DNA from: an uncultured Gammaproteobacteria bacterium
Lineage (GTDB): Bacteria > Patescibacteriota > Patescibacteriia > UBA1558 > S5-K13
Assembly (NCBI GenBank): GCA_964639335.1
Contig: CAZXCJ010000001.1
Coordinates: 1-60,025 of the forward strand
Direction of reading: 5' to 3'
DNA: 60,025 bases
This document shows positions 34,624 through 45,700 of the stretch, in pieces. Position 1 is the first letter of the stretch; each line of letters starts with the position of its first letter. Below the pieces are notes generated by a model. It was not told the DNA's origin. It saw only the letters and a list, made by a program, of their open reading frames with translations, and searched no databases. The position numbers and the translations under genes were made by a program.

Positions 34624-35000
34624 CTAAAAAATAAACTACCACCCCGTCTGCGGAGTGATTTCTATCATGTCGACTTTGTCAGCTAGGACATATTATATTA
34701 ATATCTGCGAACATTACAAAAATTTAGTTAGAATTTGAATGAGACATACGTTAAAAAACTTTGACTATTTGAGGAGTGGAATGACAATGAAACGACGAGT
34801 TTCAAAGTTTTAGGATGTTGAATGATTAAATTATCTAAATTTTTGTACAGTTCGCGATTTTGCGGAGCCACCACTTTTTTAAAAAGGGGTGACAAAAGAA
34901 AAAAATCGTATTTAAACACATGCACCATCTAAAGCTAATAGCTTTCCCCTTTAATAAAACACCTAATTAATTTAGATGTTTTTATTTTATCTAAAATCTT

Positions 35001-35306
35001 TTAGACTGCTAAAGGTGCTTCTTTTTTATTGGACTTAGTTTTTATTAAATCTTTTAAATAAACTGTATTATCTTCTACAATCATTTTATCTTTTTCTAAA
35101 CTAATTACTTGCTCAAAATGGATAATCATTAATTCTCCGGTAATTTTTTTCACTAAATTATTGGGCTTTATTAAATACTGAATAATCTTATGCGTATCTG
35201 TGTCTATTACAAAATCAGCAATACAACCTAATTCCTGATTACTTTGAGTTTCAACTTTCAATCCAATTAGTTGTTCTTTGCTTAAGCGCATATTATTTTG
35301 AATCAA
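35001..35306 (-). CDS. PRC-barrel domain protein
   Basis: LIGLKVETQSNQELGCIADFVIDTDTHKIIQYLI. Confidence 0.6.
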   Translation of the reverse strand: MIQNNMRLSKEQLIGLKVETQSNQELGCIADFVIDTDTHKIIQYLIKPNNLVKKITGELMIIHFEQVISLEKDKMIVEDNTVYLKDLIKTKSNKKEAPLAV

Positions 35307-36048
35307 TAATTTCTGGCTGAGCTAATTTTGGAGGGTCTTGAGAAATATTTTCATTAACAGCTTTATTAATAATATATTGGTCTAAAACATTTAACAAAGT
35401 CATTATTAACCAATACAAGGCTAAGCCGCCTGGGAAACTAGCCGCAATAAAAACTGTGATTATGGGCATAAAATACATCATTTGCTTGCTCATGGTCTGA
35501 GCCATACCTGCATTTTTTGGAACTGGAGTAGATTTTTTCTTTTTCATTAAAATCATGCTATGCCAAAATTGAGCTGCCCCTGCTAAAATAGCTAAAACTA
35601 TCTGGGGTTTAGCTAAATCAATAACCCCTAACATTATAGGGTTTAAATATCCAGGGTTGGAAACAAAAGGATAAAGCAAATTAAAATTAGTATCTATTAA
35701 GCCAGTTCTAAAAACTCGGAAAACAGCAATTATAACTGGTAATTGAATTAGAAGAGGCAGACAGGAAGATAAAGGATTAATTTTTTCTCTCTTATACAAG
35801 CTCATCATTTCTTGCCCTAATTTCTCTTTATCGCCCTTATGTTTCTCTTTTAAAGCATCCATTTTGGGCTGTAAATCCTGGAGGGCCTTTTGAGATTTTA
35901 AACCTTTATGAGACAGTGGCCATAAAATTGCTTTAACTACAAGCGTGAGTAATATAATAGATATTCCAATATCTGGAATTAAATTATAAAAAAAGATTAA
36001 TAAATTAAATAAAGGTTGGTATAAAACTGTATTAAATAAATCTCCCAT
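35293..36048 (-). CDS. yidC: membrane protein insertase YidC (short form)
   Basis: Five TM segments; KALQDLQPKMDALKEKHKGDKEKLGQEMMSLYKREKINPLSSCLPLLIQLPV. Confidence 0.88.
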   Translation of the reverse strand: MGDLFNTVLYQPLFNLLIFFYNLIPDIGISIILLTLVVKAILWPLSHKGLKSQKALQDLQPKMDALKEKHKGDKEKLGQEMMSLYKREKINPLSSCLPLLIQLPVIIAVFRVFRTGLIDTNFNLLYPFVSNPGYLNPIMLGVIDLAKPQIVLAILAGAAQFWHSMILMKKKKSTPVPKNAGMAQTMSKQMMYFMPIITVFIAASFPGGLALYWLIMTLLNVLDQYIINKAVNENISQDPPKLAQPEIIDSK

Positions 36049-36121
36049 ATAGTTTTTATTTCTTTATTATTAAATAATTAATTACAAAATTACAAATTAC
36101 CTATTACCAATTACTCCTTGC

Positions 36122-36355
36122 CTATTCCACTGGATCATGCCCGCCTTTAGAAAAAGGATTACAGCGCAAAACTCTCCAAACAGATTTTAAAACTCCTTTA
36201 AAAATTCCATATTTCTGAATTGCTTTATAACCATATTCTGAACAAGTTGGATAATATTTGCAATAACCTTGCGGATGTTTATATTTAAACCAACCCGTGT
36301 CTGGCGATAAAGTTTTTTGATAAAACTTGATTAAAAATAATAATGTTTTTTTCAT
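36122..36355 (-). CDS. yidD: membrane protein insertion efficiency factor YidD
   Basis: YQKTLSP...CKYYPTCSEYGYKAIQKYG...RCNPFSKGGHDPV. Confidence 0.9.
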   Translation of the reverse strand: MKKTLLFLIKFYQKTLSPDTGWFKYKHPQGYCKYYPTCSEYGYKAIQKYGIFKGVLKSVWRVLRCNPFSKGGHDPVE

Positions 36356-36429
36356 ATTTTAGTCGCTAGTCGCCAGGCATTAAACCTTAAATAAGACATA
36401 ATAAATTTCTATATCCCAACACCCAATGA

Positions 36430-36777
36430 CTAATGCCTAATTAACAACTTCGCTTTTTTTAATAAATACAATATTTCTTTTTCTGTGTCCTGGTATTTTA
36501 AAGCTAAAACTCCTTTTTTAACAAAAAAAACTAAATTATAAGATTTTTTAATTTGTTCTAAATTTAATCTAATAATTTCGTAAATTCTGCGCCTAATTTT
36601 ATTTCTTTCTACGGCTTTTTTAGAAATCTTAGCGGAAATTACTATAGCAAAACAATTGGTTTCTTTTTTGGTCTTTATAAATCTTAGAACAAAATTATTA
36701 CTATAAAATTTATATGGTGATTTTAAAATTTGATCAAAATCCTTTTTTTTATGTAAACGAAACTTTTTAGCAATCAT
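36430..36777 (-). CDS. rnpA: ribonuclease P protein component
   Basis: FRL.KKKDF...ISKKAVERNKIRRRIYE (RNR motif); position after rpmH. Confidence 0.85.
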   Translation of the reverse strand: MIAKKFRLHKKKDFDQILKSPYKFYSNNFVLRFIKTKKETNCFAIVISAKISKKAVERNKIRRRIYEIIRLNLEQIKKSYNLVFFVKKGVLALKYQDTEKEILYLLKKAKLLIRH

Positions 36778-36786
36778 TTTGCTAAT

Positions 36787-36945
36787 TTAATATTTTTTAT
36801 TTTCTGCGCTTACGGAAAGCTTTTTTCGCCCCTTGGTTCTTCTTCTTTTTAAAATTCTTTTACCACCAACAGAGGACATTCTTTTCATAAAACCATGTTT
36901 TCTTAGTCTTTTTCTTTTCTTTGGTTGATATGTTCTTTTAGGCAT
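36787..36945 (-). CDS. rpmH: 50S ribosomal protein L34
   Basis: My own translation gives [52 protein letters not shown]. The ORF is too short for the supplied track. Confidence 0.9.
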   Translation of the reverse strand: MPKRTYQPKKRKRLRKHGFMKRMSSVGGKRILKRRRTKGRKKLSVSAENKKY

Positions 36946-37165
36946 AAATTTGTTCAAATAATCAAAAAATCGTTAAATCAAAAAATCAATTACCTTCTTG
37001 ATTTATTGATTCAATGTAGATTAAGAATATCAGTTTTAAATGTTTTGGTCAATATTGTGTTATTGTTTTTTAAACTATAATTAGCTAAGATTAAAATAAT
37101 GAAAAGAGTAAAACTAAAAATATAAAATTAAAAATAACTTTTAACTTTCTACTTTATACTTTTCA

Positions 37166-37204
37166 CCCTGTGAAATTATCGCGAAGCGATACTATTTCAC
37201 AGGG
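37166..37204 (+). promoter_or_regulatory. conserved 5'-leader hairpin
   Basis: ccctgtgaaat-tatcgc-gaa-gcgata-ct-atttcacaggg, 17 bp in total, ending 14 nt before the ATG at 37219. Confidence 0.5.
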
Positions 37205-37218
37205 TAAACTATAATCTT

Positions 37219-37503
37219 ATGACCAAATTTGAATTTTTAAAACAAAATAATGAAATCCAGCATGAAAAAACTCTAGACAGATATGCCCAAAAACTTAAAG
37301 CTTTAATAATAGAGCAGGAATATAAAATAAATCCTATAATTGAGGCTAAATTAAAAAAATATCTTCAAGAAAAAGATGTTAAAAAATTAAATATTAGTGA
37401 AGAGAATATTTTAAATCAAGCTATAGAGTTAATTAAACAGGAAAATGGAGGAGTATTACCTGAAGCTTTAGAAAAAAAAGATGAAAACTTAGAAGCTGCT
37501 TAA
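37219..37503 (+). CDS. hypothetical protein
   Basis: 94-aa helical K/E-rich ORF. Confidence 0.4.
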   Translation: MTKFEFLKQNNEIQHEKTLDRYAQKLKALIIEQEYKINPIIEAKLKKYLQEKDVKKLNISEENILNQAIELIKQENGGVLPEALEKKDENLEAA

Positions 37504-37534
37504 GTAATAAAAAATGGTAATTAGTAATTTGTAA

Positions 37535-37984
37535 CTATTTTAGATACTTCTTCATTCCTACTTCTTGGTCTTTCAAGCCAAATTTTTTATAAAAAGGAAT
37601 TAGTTTTTTATCACAATCCAAAACTATTTTATAACAACCCTTGGCTTTAGCTGTTGCTATGGCTTTTTTTATTAAAGCACTGGCAATTCCTTGGCCTTCA
37701 TATTCTTTGCGGGTCACTGCATCCTCAATATGCCCAGCCAATTTACCACCTCGCAAAAATTTTTGCTCTAATAATAAAGTAACTGAAGCAATAATTTGCC
37801 CATCATCTTTTTCAGCTATAAAAATAATAGAATTTTGCTTATTTATTTTTTCTAAAATTTTTTCAGCTTGTTTTTGATTTATATCCCCAACAAAAGAGAG
37901 GTAGCTTAATGTTTTTAAATAACCTTTTTTTGGATCTAAATCTTGAGTGGTTAATTTTTTAATTTGATAATTTAACTTAGTCAT
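37535..37984 (-). CDS. GNAT-family N-acetyltransferase
   Basis: RKEYEGQGIASALIKKAI (acetyl-CoA motif A). Confidence 0.85.
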   Translation of the reverse strand: MTKLNYQIKKLTTQDLDPKKGYLKTLSYLSFVGDINQKQAEKILEKINKQNSIIFIAEKDDGQIIASVTLLLEQKFLRGGKLAGHIEDAVTRKEYEGQGIASALIKKAIATAKAKGCYKIVLDCDKKLIPFYKKFGLKDQEVGMKKYLK

Positions 37985-38096
37985 AAATTTAACTTAATTT
38001 TATATTTATAATCATACCCTATCTTCTAAAAAGCGTCTATGATCTATAATATAAAAAACCAGAAGACGAATCTCCTGGTTTATAAAATTTTTAACT

Positions 38097-38564
38097 CTAC
38101 AAGTCTAAGAAAAAAACTCCTCTACATAAAAAAGTGTGTTCCTTATAAAGAATTATTTCAACCTCTACTGGCTTATTAGAGGATTTAAAAAATTCAATAA
38201 ATTTCTCCCAAAGAAATGGATTAAATTCAGTGCTTCTGTTGCCGGTTCCAAAAATTATATCTTTCTCTTTTTTTAGAATAGATAATTTATCCTTTTTTTT
38301 AGAACCAAAACAACAACTTGGATTAATAATGATAGCAATTTTATCAAAATTATGATAATTATTAATAAAATTAATATCTATTAAATCTTCCATACCAGCA
38401 ATACCTTGAAAAACAATCTGATTAACATTTTGACTGTCAATTTTTTTCTTTTCTAACTTTTTGTTTTTTATTTCATGATAAAGAAAAAAAATCAAAAATT
38501 TAAAAAACCAACGCATTACCTTTCTAAAAGAATTATCCTTTTCTATTTCTAAGAGTTTTTGCAT
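38097..38564 (-). CDS. hypothetical protein
   Basis: ORF only. Confidence 0.4.
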   Translation of the reverse strand: MQKLLEIEKDNSFRKVMRWFFKFLIFFLYHEIKNKKLEKKKIDSQNVNQIVFQGIAGMEDLIDINFINNYHNFDKIAIIINPSCCFGSKKKDKLSILKKEKDIIFGTGNRSTEFNPFLWEKFIEFFKSSNKPVEVEIILYKEHTFLCRGVFFLDL

Positions 38565-38871
38565 TTACTTCCTCCTGCTTTTTTATCTATTGATATTTTC
38601 ACTATAATTTTATATAATACATTAACTAGATTTTCTGTCAATAGAGGGCTAAAAAATTATTAAAACTTATACCCGCTTTATCAACAATTTATAAACATTT
38701 ATTAATTCTAATTTATAGGTTAGAATACTAACACTGGTCTTAAAAATAAAATATTATCATCATGAATCCTGTTAGATGTTTTAATTATTTCTCAAATAAT
38801 ATTTAACGGATTAAACAATATTGTATATTTATTTTATATTTACTATAGATTAAAAAATAATATCTAACAGG

Positions 38872-40242
38872 ATGAATAAAGAAAAAATTTGGCAAGCTGT
38901 TTTGGGAGAATTAGAGCTTTCAATTTCTAAAGCCAGTTTTACCACTTGGTTTAAAAACACTTATATCTTAGATATTGAAAAAGAAAATGTTTTAATTGCT
39001 GTTCCAAATGGCTTTACTAAAAGATGGTTAGAAAGTCGCTATAACAAAAATATTTTAGAGGCCTTAAATAATATTTTAAAAGACCAGGGTATAAAAAATT
39101 TAATTTTTAAAATTTCTCCAGACATAAAACATTCTGAAAAAAAAGAAAAGATTAGTCTAAAAGAAATAACTAAAAAATATTCAGAAAAAAGTACTAAGCT
39201 TTCTATAAATGGAACCTATATTTTAAATCCTAAATATACTTTTAATGGATTTATAGCTGGTAAACAAAATGAATTAGCTAAAGCCGCTTGTGTGGCCGTT
39301 GCTAAAGAACCTGGCCAGGTCTATAATCCACTTTTTCTCTATGGAGAAGTGGGGTTAGGAAAGACTCATTTAATGCAATCCATAGGCAATGAAATCAAAA
39401 AAACCCTTCCTAAATATAAAATGATTTACATTAGTAGTGAGGATTTTACTAATGATTATGTTAAATCCATTCAATCTGGTAATATGGATAACTTTAAAAA
39501 AAAATATCGTGAATTAGATATCTTACTAGTTGATGATATTCAATTTATGAAAGGTCAGGAAAGAACTCAAGAAGAGTTTTTTCATACTTTTAATGCCTTA
39601 CATCAGCAAAACAAACAAATAGTTATTAGTTCTGATAGGCCGCCAAAGTCATTGCCAGCTATAGAAGAAAGATTAACCTCTCGTTTTGAAAGTGGCATGA
39701 TTGCAGACATAGGCCATCCAGATTTAGAAACAAGAATAGCCATTTTAAAATCAAAAATTAAAGAAAAAAACATTAAATTAGAAATTTCCGAAGATGTTAT
39801 TACCTATATTGCTAATATTGCCAGTAATAATGTCCGTGAGTTAGAGGGGGCTTTAAATAGAGCTATGGCTGTTCATGAATTAAATAATGAAGAAATAAAT
39901 ATTGATTCTGTAAAAGAAATACTAGGCAAACTATCTTCTTCTCAAAAAAGCGTTGGTATTAACACTAAAAAAATAATAAAGACAATCTCTGAATATTTTG
40001 AATTAAAATTAGAAGATTTAAAAGGCAATTCTCGCAAAAAGGAATTAGTAGTCCCTCGGCAAATATGTATGTATTTAATGCGTAAAGAAATTAATGCCTC
40101 TTATCCAAATATAGGTTCAGAATTGGGTGGCCGAGATCACACTACTGCTATCCATTCCTATAATAAGATAAATAAAGAGATTAAAAATAATGACAAAATA
40201 AAGAATGATATTGAGTTAATTAGACAGAGGTTGTATGGATAG
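38872..40242 (+). CDS. dnaA: chromosomal replication initiator DnaA
   Basis: GEVGLGKTHL, LLVDDIQF, sensor motifs and C-terminal DNA-binding GGRDHTTAIHS. Confidence 0.96.
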   Translation: MNKEKIWQAVLGELELSISKASFTTWFKNTYILDIEKENVLIAVPNGFTKRWLESRYNKNILEALNNILKDQGIKNLIFKISPDIKHSEKKEKISLKEITKKYSEKSTKLSINGTYILNPKYTFNGFIAGKQNELAKAACVAVAKEPGQVYNPLFLYGEVGLGKTHLMQSIGNEIKKTLPKYKMIYISSEDFTNDYVKSIQSGNMDNFKKKYRELDILLVDDIQFMKGQERTQEEFFHTFNALHQQNKQIVISSDRPPKSLPAIEERLTSRFESGMIADIGHPDLETRIAILKSKIKEKNIKLEISEDVITYIANIASNNVRELEGALNRAMAVHELNNEEINIDSVKEILGKLSSSQKSVGINTKKIIKTISEYFELKLEDLKGNSRKKELVVPRQICMYLMRKEINASYPNIGSELGGRDHTTAIHSYNKINKEIKNNDKIKNDIELIRQRLYG

Positions 40243-40348
40243 AGAATAAAGGAAACAAGAAATAAAAATTACTAATTACCTATTACTAACCTATTATTAA
40301 CCTTGTTAATAAACTGTTTATAAGAGTGGCTAATGTTGAGGAAAAAAA

Positions 40349-40480
40349 TGTGTATAAAACTGGGGATATAAATAAGATTGTTTTTATCCACTAAATATTC
40401 TAAGAGTTATTACTATATTCCTGAACAGATTTTAAACAGCTACAATCCTTCTAAGCAGGGTTAAAAATGGTTTATACACA
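40349..40480. promoter_or_regulatory. DnaA-box cluster in the dnaA-dnaN spacer
   Basis: tgtgtataa at 40349, tggggatat at 40361, ttatccact at 40384, ttatacaca at 40472; AT-rich tract at 40490-40560. Confidence 0.5.
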
Positions 40481-40582
40481 TAAAAACACTAAGCTTATTA
40501 TTATTATTAATTTTATATATATAAATCTATAAATAATAATTAATTCCAATTTAATGTGATTGGAAATAGAGGATAAAAAAAT

Positions 40583-41686
40583 ATGAATATAATATGTTTA
40601 CAAGAAAATTTAATTAAAGGATTGAATATTGTTAGTCATTTAGCAGGTAAAAATACTACTTTGCCAATACTAAACAATATATTAATACATGCTAAAGATG
40701 GAGAAATAATACTAACAACCACTAATTTAGAAATAGGAGTAAATTGTAAAATAAGAGGAAAAGTAAAGAAAGAGGGTAAATGTACAGTTCAAGCCCGACT
40801 TTTAACAGAGTTTATTAATTTATTGCCTAAAGAAAATATTTTATTAGATTATGAAAATAACAAATTAAACGTTAGATGTCTCAAAGATAAAACTTCTATA
40901 AATACATTAAGTGCTGATGATTTTCCTTTAATACCTAGTATAGACTCTAAAAATAAATATGTAGTAAAAATAAAAGAATTAAGAAATGCTTTATCAAAAG
41001 TAGTTTTCGCTGTAGCTATGGATACCACTAGACCAGAAATTTCAGGGGCTTTATTTAGTATAGAAAATAAAAAAATGACTATAGTGGGTACAGATTCTTA
41101 TCGTTTAGCAGAAAAATCTATTAATCTAGAAGAATCATCTTCTGATCAAAAAATTATAGTACCAATAGAAACAATTCAAGAAGTTTTAAGAATAATGAGT
41201 GACACTGAAGAAGAAAATATGGAATTTTATTTAGAAGAAAATCAAATCTTGTTTGAGTTAGATAATATTGAATTAGTCTCTCGGCTAACAGAGGGTTCTT
41301 ATCCGGATTATAAGCAAATTATTCCTAGCGGAGCTAAAACTAAAACAGAAATAGATATTAGAGATTTTATGCAAGCAGTTAAAAGAATTAGTTTATTTTG
41401 TAAGCCAGGAATTAATGATATTAAATTAAATTTTGTCCCTAATAAAAATGAGATAATTATTAGCTCTATTAGTGACCAATTAGGTGAAGGCATGACTATC
41501 GTTTCTTCTAAAATTGAAGGTGAAGAAAATGAAATAACTTTTAATTATAGATATTTATTAGATGGTTTAAATAATATTTTAGGCGATAAATTGGTCTTAG
41601 AGATTAATGATAGCGGTAGCCCAGGATTAATAAAATCAGACAAAGATCAAAATTATATTTATATTATTATGCCTATTAAACAATAA
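40583..41686 (+). CDS. dnaN: DNA polymerase III beta sliding clamp
   Basis: Three-domain 367-aa protein following dnaA; ILFELDNIELVSRLTEGSYPDY. Confidence 0.92.
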   Translation: MNIICLQENLIKGLNIVSHLAGKNTTLPILNNILIHAKDGEIILTTTNLEIGVNCKIRGKVKKEGKCTVQARLLTEFINLLPKENILLDYENNKLNVRCLKDKTSINTLSADDFPLIPSIDSKNKYVVKIKELRNALSKVVFAVAMDTTRPEISGALFSIENKKMTIVGTDSYRLAEKSINLEESSSDQKIIVPIETIQEVLRIMSDTEEENMEFYLEENQILFELDNIELVSRLTEGSYPDYKQIIPSGAKTKTEIDIRDFMQAVKRISLFCKPGINDIKLNFVPNKNEIIISSISDQLGEGMTIVSSKIEGEENEITFNYRYLLDGLNNILGDKLVLEINDSGSPGLIKSDKDQNYIYIIMPIKQ

Positions 41687-41753
41687 AGAGTAAGTATTAA
41701 GCAGTAAGAAGTAAGCATTAAGCAGTAGGTAGTAAACTTTAAAATTTAAGTAT

Positions 41754-42326
41754 ATGGATAAGAATATCGTTCGAAAAGCAAGAGAATATGCTGTTTCTGA
41801 AATAAATAAATTCGGATCTCCATCAAAAGATCTTTTTGAGCTTTCTGAAAATAAAGCCATAGAAATCGCTAAAGATTTTGATGTAAATATCGATATTGTA
41901 AAGATAGGAGTTTATTTAATGGATGTTAAATTAGGACAGGCAATAAAAGAAAATCGAATTACTGAACATATAAAGATGAGCGTAGATGCTACTAAAGAAT
42001 TTTTAAATGAATTTGAAATTACTGATGATGAAAAAGGTAAAATATTAAATTGTGTAGAAGCCCATCATTCTCAAATTCCTTTCATTTGTAAGGAAGCAGA
42101 AATATGCTGTAATGCTGATTGTTATCGCTTTATTCATCCTAGGGGAGTGTTTACCTATTTAAATATATTGGGTAGGAGATTTGATAATATAGATGCTTGT
42201 TTAGAACAAGTAGAAAAAAAGATGGAAGAAAAACATAATGCTCTTTCTTTAGATGTTTGTAAGAAAGAATTAGAAAAATATTATCAAGAGTTTAAAAAGT
42301 TTATTAATGCTTCTCGTTTAAAATAG
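41754..42326 (+). CDS. HD-superfamily-like protein (degenerate)
   Basis: VEAHHSQ...NADCYRF pattern; weak. Confidence 0.4.
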   Translation: MDKNIVRKAREYAVSEINKFGSPSKDLFELSENKAIEIAKDFDVNIDIVKIGVYLMDVKLGQAIKENRITEHIKMSVDATKEFLNEFEITDDEKGKILNCVEAHHSQIPFICKEAEICCNADCYRFIHPRGVFTYLNILGRRFDNIDACLEQVEKKMEEKHNALSLDVCKKELEKYYQEFKKFINASRLK

Positions 42327-42412
42327 AGTATTTTAAATTTTGTACAGACGCAAGGCATTGTGTCTCTCCCAACTTTTACCTTTTAACTTTTGACTAATTT
42401 TCCTATTTTCAT

Positions 42413-42441
42413 TTGACAAAGTTTTTATAAAAGTATATAAT
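42413..42441 (+). promoter_or_regulatory. consensus sigma70-type promoter upstream of rpoB
   Basis: ttgaca at 42413-42418, 17-nt spacer, tataat at 42436-42441. Confidence 0.55.
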
Positions 42442-42715
42442 CTATTGACAAAAGAATACAAAACTGCTATTCTTTTTATAACCTTATTATTTTATATAAT
42501 GTTTATTTTATATAAGTAAATTTTTTGTAAATAACTCTTCCAATTGGATGGGGTTATTTTGTTATTTAAACATTTTTTCTTAAATAAAAAATAAAAAAGA
42601 ACTCATTAAGAATATTTATGGGGAGGGGGTTTTATGTAAGTATTTCTTTTCTGTATAATTGAGTATTTAAAAAATAAGCTATTTTATATATTTATAATTT
42701 TTAATATCTTTAAAA

Positions 42716-45700
42716 ATGAATAAAGAAAATAGAAAATATTTTACTAAGTTTAGAAACGCTATTAAATTGCCGGATTTAATTGAAATACAGAAGAAGTCAT
42801 ATAAATGGTTTTTTGAAAAAGGTTTAAAAGAGCTCTTTGAAGAAGTATCTCCAATAAGAGATTTTACGGGCAGGGATTTAGAGCTTTATTTTTTAGATTA
42901 TCGTTTAGAAGATCCTAAATTTGACGAAGTTCATTCTCGAGAAAGAAATACCACTTATGAGGCGCCTCTGCGAATTAATGCCAAATTAAAAAATAATCGT
43001 AGCGGAAGCTCTAAAGAACAAGAAATATATTTAGGTGATTTTCCTTTAATGACAGAAAAAGGAACTTTTATTATTAATGGCGTGGAAAGAGTGGTTGTGT
43101 CTCAGTTAGTTAGAAGTGCTGGGGCTTTTTTTACTTCCCAAACGTATTTAGGTCGAAATTATTATGGAGCAAAAATAATTCCTAATCGGGGGGCCTGGTT
43201 AGAAATAGAAACTGATCCTAAAAAGAAAGTTTTATATGTTAATATAGATAGAAAAAGAAAAGTTGCGATTACGGCTATTTTAAGAGCATTTGGTTATGTA
43301 ACAGACGAAGAAATTATTGATTTATTTAAGGATGTAGACAATCATCCAGAAGTTAGTTTTATAAAAAATACTCTTGAAAAAGATATCTCTAAAAACCAAG
43401 AAGAGGGCTTAATAGAAATATATAAAAGAATCAGACCAGGGGACATGGCAACGGCTGACAATGCTAAGTCCTTAATTTTTTCTATGTTTTTTGATTTCTC
43501 TCGATACGATTTAGGAAATGTAGGCCGATATAAATTAAATAAAAGATTTAATCAGGACTATGCCATTATTAATAAACATAGAACTCTAAAAAAAGAAGAT
43601 TTAGTTAATGTTATTAAAGAAATTATTAGATTAAATCTAAGCCAAGAACCTGCTGATGATATTGATCATCTAGGAAACAGAAGAGTCCGGGCTGTAGGCG
43701 AATTAATTCAAAATAGATTTAGGATTGGTTTAGCTAGAATGGAAAGAATTATTAAGGATAGAATGAGCACAGCTGATGTAACTAGTTTAACTCCCAATTT
43801 ATTGATTAATGCTAAACCGGTAATAGGCACTATTAGAGAATTTTTTATGAGTTCCCAGTTATCTCAATTTATGGACCAGACCAATCCTTTAGCAGAATTA
43901 GAGCATAAAAGAAGATTGTCGGCTCTTGGCCCAGGTGGTTTATCTAGGGAAAGAGCAGGATTTGAAGTTAGAGATGTCCACAGAAGCCATTATGGAAGAA
44001 TTTGTCCGATTGCTACTCCAGAAGGACCTAATATTGGTTTAGTAGGACATTTATCTTCTTATGCCAGAATAGATGAATATGGTTTTTTACAAACTCCTTT
44101 TAGAAAAGTTATTAATAAAGTAAATAATATTCCTAATAAAACCAAGGGATATACTTTAAGAGAAAGCATTAAAGATTCTCAAACCAGAAAAGTTATTTTT
44201 GGTTCAGGAATGTTTATAAACGATACAGTGGCTAAAAAATTAGCAAAGTATAAAAGCATTAAGGAGATAAAAATTATTCCTGTGGTTACTAGCCAAGTTG
44301 TTTATTTAGATGCCTTTACAGAAGAAAAAGCTATAACTACAGCGGCCAACACTCCAGTAGATGAAAATGGTCATTTTATAGAAAAGCAAGCAGAAATTAG
44401 GGTTCATGGCCAGCCAACTTTTGATGATGTGGAAAAAATTGATTATATGGATGTAGCGCCTAATCAGATTATTAGTATTGCTACTTCTTTAATTCCCTTT
44501 TTAGAACATGATGATGCTGTCCGAGCTTTGATGGGCTCTAATATGCAGAGACAATCAGTGTCTTTAATAAATCCACAAGCACCTATTATTGGCACTGGGG
44601 TTGAAGGGCGAGCAGCTGGTGATAGCGGACAAGTTACACGAGCTAAAGAGGACGGAAAAGTTCTTTCTGTACAAGCGAATGAAATTGTTATTAAAAGTAA
44701 AAAGAAAAAAATTAGATATACTTTATCAAAATTTGCCCGCTCTAATGCTTCCACCTGTATGAATCAGCGTCCTATTATTAGCAAAGGCGACGCAGTTAAA
44801 AAAGGAGATGTTATTGCAGATGGAGCCGCTGTTGATCACGGAGAATTGGCTTTAGGGAGAAATGTTTTAGTGGCTTATATGCCCTGGGAAGGTGGAAATT
44901 ATGAAGATGCTATTTTAATTTCTGAAAATTTAGTTAAAACAGATGCTTATACTTCTATTCATATAGAAAATTATTCTATAGAAGTTCGAGATACAAAATT
45001 AGGTCCAGAATTAATTACCCGCGATATCCCTAATATAGGGGAAGAAAGATTAAAGGATTTAGATAGCGAGGGCATTATTAGAATAGGAGCTACTGTAAAA
45101 TCAGGAGATATTTTAATAGGTAAAATTACTCCTAAAGGAGAAACAGAATTGTCAGCGGAAGAAAAGCTTCTTAGGGCTATTTTTGGTGAAAAGGCTAAAG
45201 ATGTTAAAGATTCATCTTTATATCTTGAACATGGCGAACATGGGAAGGTTGTAGATATAAAATTTTTTTCTAGAAAAAAGGGCGATAAATTATCAGCTGG
45301 AGTAATAAAGACAATTCAGATTAGCATTACTCAGCTTAGAAAAATTCAAGTAGGAGATAAAATGGCTGGCCGACATGGTAATAAGGGAGTTATTTCCAGA
45401 GTTATTCCTCAAGAAGACATGCCTTTTATGGAAGATGGAACTCCAATTGATATTATTTTAAATCCTTTAGGTATTATTTCTCGTATGAATTTGGGACAAG
45501 TTTTAGAGACTCATCTAGGCTTAGCTGCTAAAAAATTGGGATATCATGTAGCCACCCCTCCTTTAAATGGAGTAAAAATAGAGCAAATTAAAAAGGAATT
45601 GAAAAAAGCTGGTTATTCTTCAGATGGAAAAGTTCAGCTTTATGATGGTAAGACCGGAGAACCCTTTGATAATAGAACAACTGTGGGCATCTCTTACATG

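Noticed and set aside
34728-34928. 66-aa minus-strand ORF in the spacer after the PRC-barrel gene
   Set aside because: It has no RBS and no motif, and its composition matches the surrounding non-coding DNA.
34590-35000. Possible tmRNA or RNase P RNA on the minus strand
   Set aside because: There is no GGGG..UUCGAC 5' end or T-arm-ACCA 3' end for tmRNA. There is no GAGGAAAGUCC-type P4 sequence for RNase P RNA.
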